A DNA stretch of 31,358 nucleotides from a candidate division WOR-3 bacterium (GTDB lineage: Bacteria; Hydrothermota; Tepidihabitantia; SM23-42; JAOAFX01). Both the position numbers and the translations under genes were made by a program. A model generated the notes under the pieces. That model was not told the DNA's origin, did no database searches, and worked only from the letters and a program-made list of their open reading frames with translations. The stretch covers positions 1 through 31,358 of the forward strand of contig JBBILZ010000029.1 of NCBI GenBank assembly GCA_037444665.1, given 5' to 3'. The stretch's first letter is position 1. Every line of letters starts with the position of its first letter. Below, in pieces: positions 8,114 through 18,385 of the stretch.

Positions 8114-11077
8114 ATGCTCCAAAGATTATTATCCAAGATTTTCGGCACCAAGACAGAGCGCGAACTAAAAAGGCTCTGGCCCATTGTTGAAGAGATTAAT
8201 CAATTTTATGAAAAATTCAAAGGTGTTGATTTATTAAAAACTACTGAAGATTTTAAGAAGCGCATTGCCCAGGGCGAATCCCTTGATGCAATTTTGCCTG
8301 AGGCATTTGGCTTGGTAAAAGAAGCGTGCCGAACCCTCATTGGTAAAAAATGGCTTGTTGTGGAAATTGAAACTGAATGGAATATGATTCCATTTGATGT
8401 GCAATTGATTGGTGGGATTGTGCTTCACGAAGGTAAGATTGCTGAGATGAAGACTGGAGAGGGTAAGACTCTTGTTGCAACAATGCCATTATATTTAAAT
8501 GCCCTTGCTGGCAAAGGTGCCCACCTTGTGACGGTCAATGATTATCTTGCCAGACGCGACCGCGAATGGATGGGACCGGTCTATGAATCGCTCGGTCTAA
8601 GTGTTGGCGTTTTGCAACAGGGAATGGAAAATGAACAGAGAAAAGATGCATATAATAAAGATATAACCTATGGCACAAATAATGAATTCGGGTTTGATTA
8701 TCTCAGGGACAATATGGTATGGCGATTTGAAGATAAGGTTCAGCGTGGCCATTATTATGCGATAGTTGATGAGGTTGACAGCATATTGATAGATGAGGCA
8801 CGGACCCCATTAATTATCTCCGGACCAGTTGAAAGAGAGACCAAGAGTTTTGATGATCTGAACCCTGTTGTCCAGAAATTGAATTCTGCCCAGACTGTTC
8901 TGGTAAATAGAATTGTGCAGGAAGCAAAAAAATTGCTTGATGAAGGTAAAGAAAAAGAGGCAGGTATTAAACTCCTGCAGGCGAGAAGAGGGGCACCAAA
9001 GAATAAACAGTTGTTAAAACTTGAACAGGAAACTGGTGTCAAACGGCTTATTGAAGATACCGAGCTGAATTTTTTAAGGGAGAAAAAATTTTCTCAGATT
9101 GATGAAGAGTTATATTTTGTAATTGATGAAAAATCCCATATTGTTGACCTCACTGAAAAAGGAAGACTATTTATCTCACCCAACAATCCTGAAATGTTTG
9201 TCTTGCCTGATTTAAGCGAAAAAATTGGAAAGATAGAAAAAGATGAAAATTTATCACCAAAAGAAAAATTTGTAAACAAAGAGAAAGCATACGAAGAGTA
9301 TGCAAAAAAGAGTGAAATTCTCTCTAATTTAAGGGCTCTGCTCAAGGCATATTCACTGTTTGAAAAGGATGTAGAATATGTTGTTCAGGATGGGAAGGTA
9401 ATAATTGTTGATGAATTTACTGGCAGATTAATGCCCGGTAGAAGATTTTCTGATGGCTTACATCAGGCGCTTGAAGCAAAAGAAAGGGTGCGTGTCCAGG
9501 AAGAGACCCAGACATTCGCTACAATCACTATTCAGAACTATTTTAGGATGTATGAAAAACTTGCGGGTATGACTGGAACCGCAGCCACAGAGGCGAATGA
9601 ATTCTGGCAAATTTACAAACTTGATGTTATGGAGATTCCGACCAAAGAGCCGGTTCGGCGCATTGATTATGAAGATGTTGTGTATCGTTCAAGAAGAGAA
9701 AAATATAATGCAATCATTGACGAAATTGTAAAATGGCATGCAAAGAAGAGGCCTATACTTGTGGGCACAACTTCCGTAGAGGTATCCGAAGTTCTTTCGC
9801 GTTTATTACAGAGAAAAGGTATACCACACAATGTTCTCAATGCCAAACATCATCAACGCGAAGCAGTTATTGTAGCACAGGCAGGCCAACCTGGAGCAGT
9901 TACTATTGCTACTAATATGGCTGGTCGCGGCACTGATATTAAATTAGGACCGGGCGTTGTGCAGTGTAGTAAATGTTGTATTAAATGTCTGGACCATAAT
10001 TGTGCTGAATGTAGCCACGAAGAAAAAAGAGAATGTTTGGATGATTTACCCTGCGGGCTATATATTATTGGAACTGAACGGCATGAGTCACGAAGAATTG
10101 ATAATCAATTAAGAGGAAGGAGTGGCCGTCAGGGAGACCCTGGTTCATCACGATTCTTTCTTTCCTTAGAGGATGACCTGATGCGAATATTCGGGTCAGA
10201 CCGTGTCGCAGATATTATGGACCGCTTTGGCGGAGGCGAGCAGAAACCACTGACCCATCCCCTGGTTTCGCGGGCAATCGCAAATGCCCAGAAGAGGGTG
10301 GAAGAGAACCATTTTGAGATCAGAAAACATCTATTAGAATACGATGATGTGATGAATCGCCAGCGGGAAGTGATTTATAAAATGCGCGATGAAATATTAA
10401 AAGGCGGAAATTTTGAAGATATGTTATTTAAAAATTTTGAGGATACGATTGAGGATATTATTTTAAAGTATTCAGATGAAAAAGAACCGCCAGAACAATG
10501 GGATTGGGAAGGATTAATCGGAGAATTTAATCAATTATTTTTAACAAACCTCTATATTGAAAAAAGTGAAAGAGAAAGGATAAAACAGACCGAACTCTTT
10601 GACCGATTACTTGAGAAAGCAAAAGAATATTTTAATTTAAGGAAGAAGAATTATGATGAAGAAACATTTAATGAAATGCTGAAATCTATATTATTGCTGA
10701 CCATTGATAATCGCTGGCGCGAGCATCTTTATGCACTTGATGCATTGAGGGAAGGGATAAATTTGCGCGCCTATGCCCAGAAAGACCCACTCGTTGAATA
10801 CAAGCAGGAATCATTTAAGATGTTTGATGACCTTCTGCGAGATATTGCACGCGATGTTTCAGGTATTGTCTTTCGTGCTACACCCAGACCCATTCAAAGG
10901 AAACCGGTAGTGACCCAGGAATATAAACCGGGATTAGATGGAAAGGGACAGGTTCAAGCAAAAACTGGTGCTCCAGTTTCTTCCGGCAGCAAATCTCCAA
11001 AAATTGGCAGAAATGACCCTTGCCCTTGTGGTAGTGGAAAAAAATATAAAAAATGTTGTGGCAGGAATGTGGTATGA
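8114..11077 (+). CDS. secA: Preprotein translocase ATPase SecA
   Basis: MKTGEGKT, DEVDSILIDEARTPLIISG, TNMAGRGTDI, RRIDNQLRGRSGRQGDPG, C-terminal SEC-C CPCGSGKKYKKCC. Confidence 0.98.
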   Translation: MLQRLLSKIFGTKTERELKRLWPIVEEINQFYEKFKGVDLLKTTEDFKKRIAQGESLDAILPEAFGLVKEACRTLIGKKWLVVEIETEWNMIPFDVQLIGGIVLHEGKIAEMKTGEGKTLVATMPLYLNALAGKGAHLVTVNDYLARRDREWMGPVYESLGLSVGVLQQGMENEQRKDAYNKDITYGTNNEFGFDYLRDNMVWRFEDKVQRGHYYAIVDEVDSILIDEARTPLIISGPVERETKSFDDLNPVVQKLNSAQTVLVNRIVQEAKKLLDEGKEKEAGIKLLQARRGAPKNKQLLKLEQETGVKRLIEDTELNFLREKKFSQIDEELYFVIDEKSHIVDLTEKGRLFISPNNPEMFVLPDLSEKIGKIEKDENLSPKEKFVNKEKAYEEYAKKSEILSNLRALLKAYSLFEKDVEYVVQDGKVIIVDEFTGRLMPGRRFSDGLHQALEAKERVRVQEETQTFATITIQNYFRMYEKLAGMTGTAATEANEFWQIYKLDVMEIPTKEPVRRIDYEDVVYRSRREKYNAIIDEIVKWHAKKRPILVGTTSVEVSEVLSRLLQRKGIPHNVLNAKHHQREAVIVAQAGQPGAVTIATNMAGRGTDIKLGPGVVQCSKCCIKCLDHNCAECSHEEKRECLDDLPCGLYIIGTERHESRRIDNQLRGRSGRQGDPGSSRFFLSLEDDLMRIFGSDRVADIMDRFGGGEQKPLTHPLVSRAIANAQKRVEENHFEIRKHLLEYDDVMNRQREVIYKMRDEILKGGNFEDMLFKNFEDTIEDIILKYSDEKEPPEQWDWEGLIGEFNQLFLTNLYIEKSERERIKQTELFDRLLEKAKEYFNLRKKNYDEETFNEMLKSILLLTIDNRWREHLYALDALREGINLRAYAQKDPLVEYKQESFKMFDDLLRDIARDVSGIVFRATPRPIQRKPVVTQEYKPGLDGKGQVQAKTGAPVSSGSKSPKIGRNDPCPCGSGKKYKKCCGRNVV

Positions 11078-12192
11078 AACCCTATCAAATAAATCTCTTT
11101 AATGAACAGGATAAACTTCCTCTTTTACTGCCATCTGAGCCGGTTTTTGTATTTAACAATAAAAAATATCTGAATTTTTCTACATTTGACTGTTTTAATC
11201 GCCATAATAACGAATATCTGATTGAGACAGCACGAATGAATATTGATAGCCATGGATACAGTGATATAAGAAATCCTGACAATCTGCTGGATGAATTAAA
11301 GAAGGAGATGAATGAATTTAAGAAAATAGATTCAATAATTCCGTTTCCCGAAGAGATTTCCGCACTCTATGCGCTTTTTTCAATCTTTGGTAGCAAGACT
11401 GTATTCTTTATAGATTATGAAACCTCGCCCAGTATCTGTGCCCTATTACAATACCGCAGTGTTGAATTCTATAATCATCGTGAGCCAGAGCAGCTTTCTA
11501 AGATGTTAAATATTAATGGTGAAAAAGTAATCATTATTGATGGCCTCTATGAATGGCTCGGTTATACTGGCCCTGTTAGTGAGATTGTGCGAATAGCAAA
11601 AGAAAATCAAACCGCGATTATCGCGAATGAATTGAATTCTTTTGGTTTATTAGGCAGGGATGGCAGAGGTTTTATTGATCTTTACTACCTTTATGATGAT
11701 ATCAGCATTGAGATTGGAAGTTTTAGCAGATACCTTGGTGGCTATGGTTCATATATTGGTGCCAAAAAATATTTGGTAAACAAAATTATTGAAAATACCA
11801 ATGGGATATTTACACCCCTGCCCGAATTTATGCTTGCAGTAAATATTGCCGGGATTGATGCATTAAAAAATGAATCAAAAAATCGTTCACTGTTATCAAA
11901 TCTCTGGACACACAGTCGGTTTTTTATAAATCGGATAAAACAGATTGGACTAAAAACGATGAGCGAAACACCTGTAATTGTTATTATCTTAAATAATAAT
12001 GAAGAGGCAGAAGCATTTAGTAGGCGACTTTTTGATGATGGAATAATAGTCTCAACTAATAAAGAACGGGTAAGGTTAGTTTTGTCTATTGAGCATACCC
12101 GTACTGATTTAGACTATGTGCTTGATAGGGTAGAGGCGCATATCAAAGATATGGGCATTGTTTACCCTTCAGTGAAAACAGGTGTTGACTAA
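11074..12192 (+). CDS. BioF/Kbl-like class II PLP-fold protein with degenerate active site
   Basis: Fold motifs (YLNFS, YNH, IIDG, SFGLLGRDGRG, GSFSRYLGGYG, TPVIVI, RVRLVLS) recognisable; ATG 11074 overlaps the secA stop (ATGA). Confidence 0.75.
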   Translation: MKPYQINLFNEQDKLPLLLPSEPVFVFNNKKYLNFSTFDCFNRHNNEYLIETARMNIDSHGYSDIRNPDNLLDELKKEMNEFKKIDSIIPFPEEISALYALFSIFGSKTVFFIDYETSPSICALLQYRSVEFYNHREPEQLSKMLNINGEKVIIIDGLYEWLGYTGPVSEIVRIAKENQTAIIANELNSFGLLGRDGRGFIDLYYLYDDISIEIGSFSRYLGGYGSYIGAKKYLVNKIIENTNGIFTPLPEFMLAVNIAGIDALKNESKNRSLLSNLWTHSRFFINRIKQIGLKTMSETPVIVIILNNNEEAEAFSRRLFDDGIIVSTNKERVRLVLSIEHTRTDLDYVLDRVEAHIKDMGIVYPSVKTGVD

Positions 12193-12213
12193 TCATCATA
12201 ATTTGAATATAAT
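12185..12213 (+). promoter_or_regulatory. Promoter TTGACT-N17-TATAAT for the PPIase gene
   Basis: Hexamers seen; -35 overlaps the end of the upstream gene; SD AAAGGAGG follows. Confidence 0.65.
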
Positions 12214-12234
12214 CTCATCTTGAAAGGAGGCTAA

Positions 12235-14271
12235 ATGGCACTTTTAATTACATTATTATTTGCGGTATTGCCGCAGGATTATATCAACCTGTTAATGAAA
12301 GAAGATTATGGTGCTGCGGCTGAGTATTGTAAAAAAATGATAAATACAACTACTGGTTTTAAATGGCAAATAGAACTTGGTGACCTATATTTTGATAAAC
12401 TTGATGAACCATTAAAGGCGCAACAGGTTTATCAGGAAATTTTAGATAAGTATAAACAGAATGATGGATGGGTTTATTATCGTCTCGGTCTTGTTCTTGA
12501 AGAACAGGAAGATTACTTAAATGCAGCAAAAACATATGAAGTGATCGCTACCCGTTTTCGTAAATCTCCCCTTGATTCATTTGCCCTGTCTGGTGTTGAA
12601 CGTTGTTTCAAGAAAAATTATCAGGATACTGTTGCAGTTGTGGATGGTTACCGAATAACCAGAATAGAACTTGATGAACAGATGGTAAAGCAGTCTCCAT
12701 TTGTAAAAAAGGATGAGAAGGCGGTCCTTGACCAGATGATACTGGAAAGGCTTCTATTTGTGCAGGGATTAAAAAATAATGTTAAGGCAATGCCTGAATA
12801 TAAAGACTTAATAAAGCAGTCGCGGAACACACTTCTATTGGATGAAGTCAGGGCAGTCAATGTGCTGGCAAGAATAACACCAACAGATAATGAATTACGC
12901 GCTTATTATAAGCGCAATAAAAATAATTATAAAGTATCAAAAGAGGTGAGAGGTAAGGAAATAATAGTTGAATCAGAGAGCCTTGCATATTTCATAAGGG
13001 ATTCTTTACAAAAGGATATCGCGAGTTTTGATACGCTGGCAAAATTATATTCTACTGCACCAACAAAAGGTAATGGCGGTGAGATGGGCATAATTATTCC
13101 TGGCACAAAGCCCCAGAATGTTGAGGAACTTTTATTTAATATAAAATTGAATACTGTTTCTGACCCGATTAAGGTTGAAGATAAATTTGGATTATATATG
13201 GTTTATGACAGAAAACCAGAGCGTTTCCGCACTTTTGATGAAGTAAAATCTCAAGTAGAAGCAGCAGTGCGTGCTGAAAAAACACAAAAGATTGAGGCAG
13301 AATTTTTAAAGACTCTAAAGGCAAAAGCCAGCATTAAGATTTTCAAAGATAGTATTATCACTGATACAACACAAAAAGATACCGGAAGAATTGTCGCCAT
13401 AGTGAATGGTCGTATTGTTAAATATGGAGATGTTGAAAGAAAAAATAATTCTCAGCCAATGTTTGCGCGTATGGATATTTCAAGACCTGAAGAGTTTGAA
13501 AAAGTGCTTGATATGCTAATTGAAGAAGATTTAAAATTGGAACTTGCAGAGCGGAATAAATATTATTTGAATGATGGTTTTGTAACTAAATATCGGGATG
13601 CAGTAAAACGAACACTTGAGCAGGGATTGTATACAAAGATTGTTCTGCAAAGCGCAAAGGTTGATTCAGCAGAGATTGTTGAATACTATAATGCCCATAA
13701 GGAAGATATGAAAATACCAGAAACAATTAGATGTCGTGAAATTACACTCAATAATAAACAAGAAGCACAAAGACTCCGTGATGAAGTGGCAAAGTTCTAT
13801 GGTGAAAAGAAATCTATTATACCATTCTTTAGTAAAAAGGCAAAGATAACAGATTATGCAATGTTTGATTCTGTGGCAAAAGCCAATTCAATTGCCTATA
13901 CAAAAAGTCGTGGTGGTGATACTGGACCATTAAAGAAAGGAACACGACCAAAAGCATTTGATGATGTTGCCTGGCTATTAAAGATTGGCGAGATCAGTAA
14001 AGTCTTCTGCGTGGATGATACAAACTGGACATTTATTACCAAGACCGAGCATACACCTACAAAATATAGAACCCTTGAAGAAGTAAAGCCATCAATAGAG
14101 ATGAATTTACTCCGTGAAAAACAGCGTAAGATTGCTGATGATTATCTGAAAAAGATAAGAGAAGATGCAGATATTAAAATAATGCTTTCCGAGCCAGTAA
14201 AATCTGAACCTGAGCAAAAAGGAGAAGAGACTGAACAGCCGGAAAATATAGAATCAGCGCCTAAAGAATAA
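12235..14271 (+). CDS. Exported PpiC/parvulin-type peptidyl-prolyl isomerase with N-terminal TPR-like region (SurA/PrsA-like foldase)
   Basis: Hydrophobic N-terminus, TPR-like YYRLGLVLEEQEDY, two rotamase repeats (FDTLAKLYS..GGEMG; FDSVAKANS..GGDTG). Confidence 0.8.
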   Translation: MALLITLLFAVLPQDYINLLMKEDYGAAAEYCKKMINTTTGFKWQIELGDLYFDKLDEPLKAQQVYQEILDKYKQNDGWVYYRLGLVLEEQEDYLNAAKTYEVIATRFRKSPLDSFALSGVERCFKKNYQDTVAVVDGYRITRIELDEQMVKQSPFVKKDEKAVLDQMILERLLFVQGLKNNVKAMPEYKDLIKQSRNTLLLDEVRAVNVLARITPTDNELRAYYKRNKNNYKVSKEVRGKEIIVESESLAYFIRDSLQKDIASFDTLAKLYSTAPTKGNGGEMGIIIPGTKPQNVEELLFNIKLNTVSDPIKVEDKFGLYMVYDRKPERFRTFDEVKSQVEAAVRAEKTQKIEAEFLKTLKAKASIKIFKDSIITDTTQKDTGRIVAIVNGRIVKYGDVERKNNSQPMFARMDISRPEEFEKVLDMLIEEDLKLELAERNKYYLNDGFVTKYRDAVKRTLEQGLYTKIVLQSAKVDSAEIVEYYNAHKEDMKIPETIRCREITLNNKQEAQRLRDEVAKFYGEKKSIIPFFSKKAKITDYAMFDSVAKANSIAYTKSRGGDTGPLKKGTRPKAFDDVAWLLKIGEISKVFCVDDTNWTFITKTEHTPTKYRTLEEVKPSIEMNLLREKQRKIADDYLKKIREDADIKIMLSEPVKSEPEQKGEETEQPENIESAPKE

Positions 14272-15272
14272 TGCCTGAACTGAGGAAAGACCCTGTTCTG
14301 GGCAGATGGGTCATCATTTCTATAGAAAGGGCAAAAAGGCCCAAGGACTTTAAATTTGAACCAGAACAGAAAAAGATTAGTCCCCAGGAATGTCCTTTTT
14401 GCCCTGGTAATGAGAAAGAGACACCACCTGAAATATATGCGATAAGGGAGAATAATAATCCACCCAATTCGCCTGGTTGGAGCATCAGAGTAATTCCCAA
14501 TAAATTTCCTGCACTGCGTATTGAAGGTGATTTAGGTCGTCGTGGTGAAGGGATATATGACCGAATGAATGGTATCGGAGCCCATGAGGTTATCATTGAA
14601 ACACCAGAACATCAATATGACCTAACTGACCTGACCAATGAATCTTTTGTCCAGCTTGTGATGACTTATCAGCAGAGAATATTAGATTTGAAAAAAGACC
14701 CAAGGTTGCGTTATGTAATGATTTTTAAGAACTTCGGGGCAATTGCTGGAGCATCACTTGAACATAGCCATTCTCAATTGATTGCCACACCCATTATTCC
14801 CAAAAGAGTAATTGAGGAAATGGATGGTGCAAAACGATACTTTGAATATCGTGACCGTTGTATATTCTGTGATATTATTGCCCAGGAGACGCGCATAAGC
14901 AAAAGAATGGTTTCAGAGAATAATAATTACATTGCCATCTGTCCATTTGCACCCCGTTTTCCTTTTGAAATCTGGATCTTGCCCAGACACCATATTTCAA
15001 ACTTTGAGGATTCCAGTGAATCTGAATTATCTGACCTCGCCGGTATATTAAAGGACTGTTTGGTGCGATTAAAAAAAGCCCTGAATACTCCGCCTTACAA
15101 TTTTGTTATCCACACTACTCCCATAACATTGAAAGGTATAGAATTTTATCATTACCATATTGAAATCATACCGGTTCTGACACGAATTGCAGGTTTTGAG
15201 TGGGGGACAGGGTTCTATATAAATCCTACTGCACCTGAAGAATCAGCATCGTATCTAAAGAATGTTATTTGA
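14271..15272 (+). CDS. galT: Galactose-1-phosphate uridylyltransferase family (GalT-like) protein
   Basis: ELRKDP, CPFCPGNE, NKFPAL, GASLEHSHSQ catalytic HxHxQ, CIFCD, GFEWGTG. Confidence 0.9.
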   Translation: MPELRKDPVLGRWVIISIERAKRPKDFKFEPEQKKISPQECPFCPGNEKETPPEIYAIRENNNPPNSPGWSIRVIPNKFPALRIEGDLGRRGEGIYDRMNGIGAHEVIIETPEHQYDLTDLTNESFVQLVMTYQQRILDLKKDPRLRYVMIFKNFGAIAGASLEHSHSQLIATPIIPKRVIEEMDGAKRYFEYRDRCIFCDIIAQETRISKRMVSENNNYIAICPFAPRFPFEIWILPRHHISNFEDSSESELSDLAGILKDCLVRLKKALNTPPYNFVIHTTPITLKGIEFYHYHIEIIPVLTRIAGFEWGTGFYINPTAPEESASYLKNVI

Positions 15273-15334
15273 AATGCACATATATTAAAAAATGTTAAAT
15301 TGTAAACTGAATTGTCTTGGGACGCTCACAAAAC

Positions 15335-15461
15335 AAATTCTAAATCCGAAATACGAAATCCGAAACAAATTCAAAATTCCAAATTCCAATTTTCTAAACA
15401 AATTTTTATTAATTGGGGTTTGGATATTGTTTAGAATTTAGTGCTTGGGATTTAGAATTTT
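15335..15461 (+). repeat. Heptamer-repeat hairpin element, second full copy
   Basis: First 37 nt identical to 7021-7057; right arm attgtttagaatttagtgcttgggatttagaattt ends a few nt before glgA ATG. Confidence 0.8.
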
Positions 15462-15467
15462 AGGTCT

Positions 15468-16847
15468 ATGAGAGTTGCATTTGTCACATCTGAGGCAGTA
15501 CCTTATGCCAAAACCGGTGGACTTGCTGATGTTACCGGCACTTTACCACAATATCTTAAACAATCAGGGATTGAATGTGATGTAATTATGCCCAAGTATA
15601 AAGGTATTAAAGCCGAAAAAATAATGGAAATTGATATTGATTTTGACGGAAAAAAGAGTTTGAATATCTTTAAAGACAATAATACATATTTTATTGATTA
15701 TCCAGAGTATTTTTATAGAGATGGGCTCTATGGAACACAATCAGGTGATTATCCTGATAATTGTGAACGATTCACCCTTTTTGCCCGTAGTGTAATTGCT
15801 TTACTTAAGAGAATTAAATATGATATTGTGCATTGTCATGACTGGCAGACAGGGTTAATACCGTTATACATTAGAGAAAATGGTCTGAATATCAAAACTG
15901 TATTCACTATTCATAATCTCGGTTATCAGGGCAGATTTCCTAAAGAAAAATTTCCACTTCTTGGCATTGACCCGGGATATTTTAATCCGGAAGGCATTGA
16001 ATTTTATGGCGATATCAATTTTCTTAAAGCGGGCATTCTTTATGCCGATTTAATTACGACAGTGTCTCCACATTATGCACAGGAAATTCAAACACCTGAA
16101 TATGGGTTTGGACTTGAAGGAGTATTAAAAAAAATGAGCAATAAACTATCTGGCATTCTCAATGGCATTGATTACCAGATTTGGAATTCGGAAAATGATA
16201 AATTGATTTATGAACCTTATAATGATTATACTGGAAAACAGAAGAATAAATTTGAATTGACCAATGAATGTCTGCTTGATTATCATAAACCATTAATCGG
16301 AATGGTTTCAAGAATTGCCGGGCAAAAGGGATTTGATATTTTAATCAAGGGTCTTGATGATATAATTGCCCTGAATTTTAATTTTATATTGTTAGGGTTT
16401 GGGGAAGAGCACTATTGTGAAAAATTAAAAAGATTTGCTGATGCATATCCCGGTCAGGTTTTTGTTAATATCAATTTTGATGAAACTTTTGCCCATCGTA
16501 TCTATGCAGGCAGTGATTTTTTCTTGATGCCTTCACGATACGAACCCTGTGGTCTGGGTCAGATGATAAGTTTAAGATATGGAACCGTGCCCATAGTATA
16601 CAAAACTGGAGGCCTGGCTGATACGATTGTTCAATTTAATCCTGTTGATTTCTCGGGAAATGGGTTTCTTTTTGATACTTACTCAACATATGCTTTGATT
16701 GAAGCATTGAAGACTGCTTATGATGTATATTGTAATCGTGAAATTTTCCGGCAGCTTTCAGAAAGTTGTATGGAATACGATTTTTCCTGGAATCGTTCAG
16801 CCAATGAATACAAAAAATTGTACGAAAAATTAGTTTCTAAAACTTGA
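15468..16847 (+). CDS. glgA: Glycogen synthase (GT5)
   Basis: KTGGLAD, HCHDWQTG, TIHNLGYQG, SRYEPCGLGQ, KTGGLADT. Confidence 0.95.
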   Translation: MRVAFVTSEAVPYAKTGGLADVTGTLPQYLKQSGIECDVIMPKYKGIKAEKIMEIDIDFDGKKSLNIFKDNNTYFIDYPEYFYRDGLYGTQSGDYPDNCERFTLFARSVIALLKRIKYDIVHCHDWQTGLIPLYIRENGLNIKTVFTIHNLGYQGRFPKEKFPLLGIDPGYFNPEGIEFYGDINFLKAGILYADLITTVSPHYAQEIQTPEYGFGLEGVLKKMSNKLSGILNGIDYQIWNSENDKLIYEPYNDYTGKQKNKFELTNECLLDYHKPLIGMVSRIAGQKGFDILIKGLDDIIALNFNFILLGFGEEHYCEKLKRFADAYPGQVFVNINFDETFAHRIYAGSDFFLMPSRYEPCGLGQMISLRYGTVPIVYKTGGLADTIVQFNPVDFSGNGFLFDTYSTYALIEALKTAYDVYCNREIFRQLSESCMEYDFSWNRSANEYKKLYEKLVSKT

Positions 16848-16871
16848 CTTATGCTGAAAATTAAATATAGT
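16844..16871 (+). promoter_or_regulatory. Promoter TTGACT-N16-TATAGT for ilvE
   Basis: -35 contains the glgA TGA stop. Confidence 0.5.
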
Positions 16872-16950
16872 TATCTATCCGTGATAATCAGTGTCATAAT
16901 TTGCATTAATCAGGGGTTTGTGCAGAATACAGATAATAGGGAGGTAATTT

Positions 16951-17874
16951 ATGGCAATGCCAAAATCTGAATATATCTGGATGGATGGGAATTTTGTGAA
17001 ATGGGACGATGCAAAAATTCATATTTTGTCCCATGTAATACATTATGGAACAGGTGTATTTGAAGGACTAAGATGTTATGATACTCCCAAGGGTTCATTT
17101 ATTTTCAGGTTGAAGGAACATACTGAAAGGCTTTTTAATTCTGCAAAAATATACCGTATGGAAATACCATATACACAAAAGGAAATAAATGATGTAATTA
17201 TTGAACTGATAAAAAAGAATGGTTTAAAATCTGCTTATGTGCGACCCATTGCTTATCGTGGGTATAGTGAATTGGGAGTGAACCCATTTCCTAATCCAGT
17301 ATGTGTTGCCATAGCAACGCTACAATGGGGTAAATACCTTGGTGATGACGCCCTTGAGAATGGGATTGATGTTATGATTTCTTCCTGGAATAGAATGGCA
17401 CCAAATACCTTTCCAGCAATGGCAAAGTGCAGTGCCAATTATATGAATTCACAATTAATAAAAATGGAAGCGATTGTCTATGGTTTTGTTGAGGGTATTG
17501 CACTTGATAATACTGGTTATGTAAGCGAAGGTTCTGGAGAGAATATTTTTGTAGTAAAAAATGGTGTTGTTTATACACCGCCCCTCCATGCCTGCATATT
17601 GCCCGGGATTACACGCAATACAATTATTGAACTGTGCAAAGACCTGGGAATCCCGCTCGTACAAGAGATGCTGAACCGCGAATTTCTTTATCTTGCCGAT
17701 GAGGTCTTCTTTACAGGCTCAGCAGCTGAAGTAACGCCAATCAGAACCATTGATAAAATAAAGATTGGTGCAGGCAAGGCTGGTCCTATTACCAAAAAAC
17801 TGCAAAAATATTTCTTTGATATAATTGAAGGTAGAATTGAAGATAAACACGGCTGGCTCACAAGGGTTGGTTAA
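16951..17874 (+). CDS. ilvE: Branched-chain amino acid aminotransferase
   Basis: HYGTGVFEG, AKCSANY (PLP Lys), EGSGENIF, ILPGITR, TGSAAEVTP; SD GGGAGG. Confidence 0.95.
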   Translation: MAMPKSEYIWMDGNFVKWDDAKIHILSHVIHYGTGVFEGLRCYDTPKGSFIFRLKEHTERLFNSAKIYRMEIPYTQKEINDVIIELIKKNGLKSAYVRPIAYRGYSELGVNPFPNPVCVAIATLQWGKYLGDDALENGIDVMISSWNRMAPNTFPAMAKCSANYMNSQLIKMEAIVYGFVEGIALDNTGYVSEGSGENIFVVKNGVVYTPPLHACILPGITRNTIIELCKDLGIPLVQEMLNREFLYLADEVFFTGSAAEVTPIRTIDKIKIGAGKAGPITKKLQKYFFDIIEGRIEDKHGWLTRVG

Positions 17875-17900
17875 ATGATTAAATTAAAAAATTCAGTGCT
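17868..17900 (+). repeat. 33-bp direct repeat copy 1 (upstream of rpiB)
   Basis: tggttaaatgattaaattaaaaaattcagtgct; 32/33 identical to 18353-18385. Confidence 0.85.
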
Positions 17901-17909
17901 TTCAGTGCT

Positions 17910-18359
17910 ATGAAAGTCGGAATTGGTGCAGACCATCGTGGTTTTAATTTAAAATCAAAGATAAAAGAATATTTATCAAGTAATTCACATCCGGTGCTTG
18001 ATTTTGGAACATTTAATAAAGAACCAGTGGATTATCCTGAGATAGCACTAAAAGTAGCAAATGCAGTAGCAAAAAAAAGGGCTAAGTTTGGGATAATAAT
18101 CTGTTTCAGTGGGCAGGGGATGGCAATAACCGCAAACAAAGTCAAAAACATTCGTGCAGCAATATGCACTGATAAAGAACTTGCTTATTATGCCAGGGCA
18201 CACAATGATGCCAATATCCTTGTTTTACCGGCACGTTCAATCAAACGCAAAAATCAATGGCAACCAATCATTGAGACATTTTTCAAGACAAAATTTGAGG
18301 GTGGTAGACACCAGCGGCGGCTTAATATTATAAAAAAATACGAAAAAACCAGTGGTTAA
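17910..18359 (+). CDS. rpiB: Ribose-5-phosphate isomerase B
   Basis: GADHRG, VDYP, ICFSGQG, ANKV, HNDAN, FEGGRH. Confidence 0.93.
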   Translation: MKVGIGADHRGFNLKSKIKEYLSSNSHPVLDFGTFNKEPVDYPEIALKVANAVAKKRAKFGIIICFSGQGMAITANKVKNIRAAICTDKELAYYARAHNDANILVLPARSIKRKNQWQPIIETFFKTKFEGGRHQRRLNIIKKYEKTSG

Positions 18360-18385
18360 ATGGTTAAATTAAAAAATTCAGTGCT
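18353..18385 (+). repeat. 33-bp direct repeat copy 2 (downstream of rpiB)
   Basis: tggttaaatggttaaattaaaaaattcagtgct, then ATG 18386. Confidence 0.85.

Noticed and set aside
16872..16950. T-box or attenuator upstream of ilvE
   Set aside because: Leader is short with no T-box motif, leader peptide or terminator hairpin
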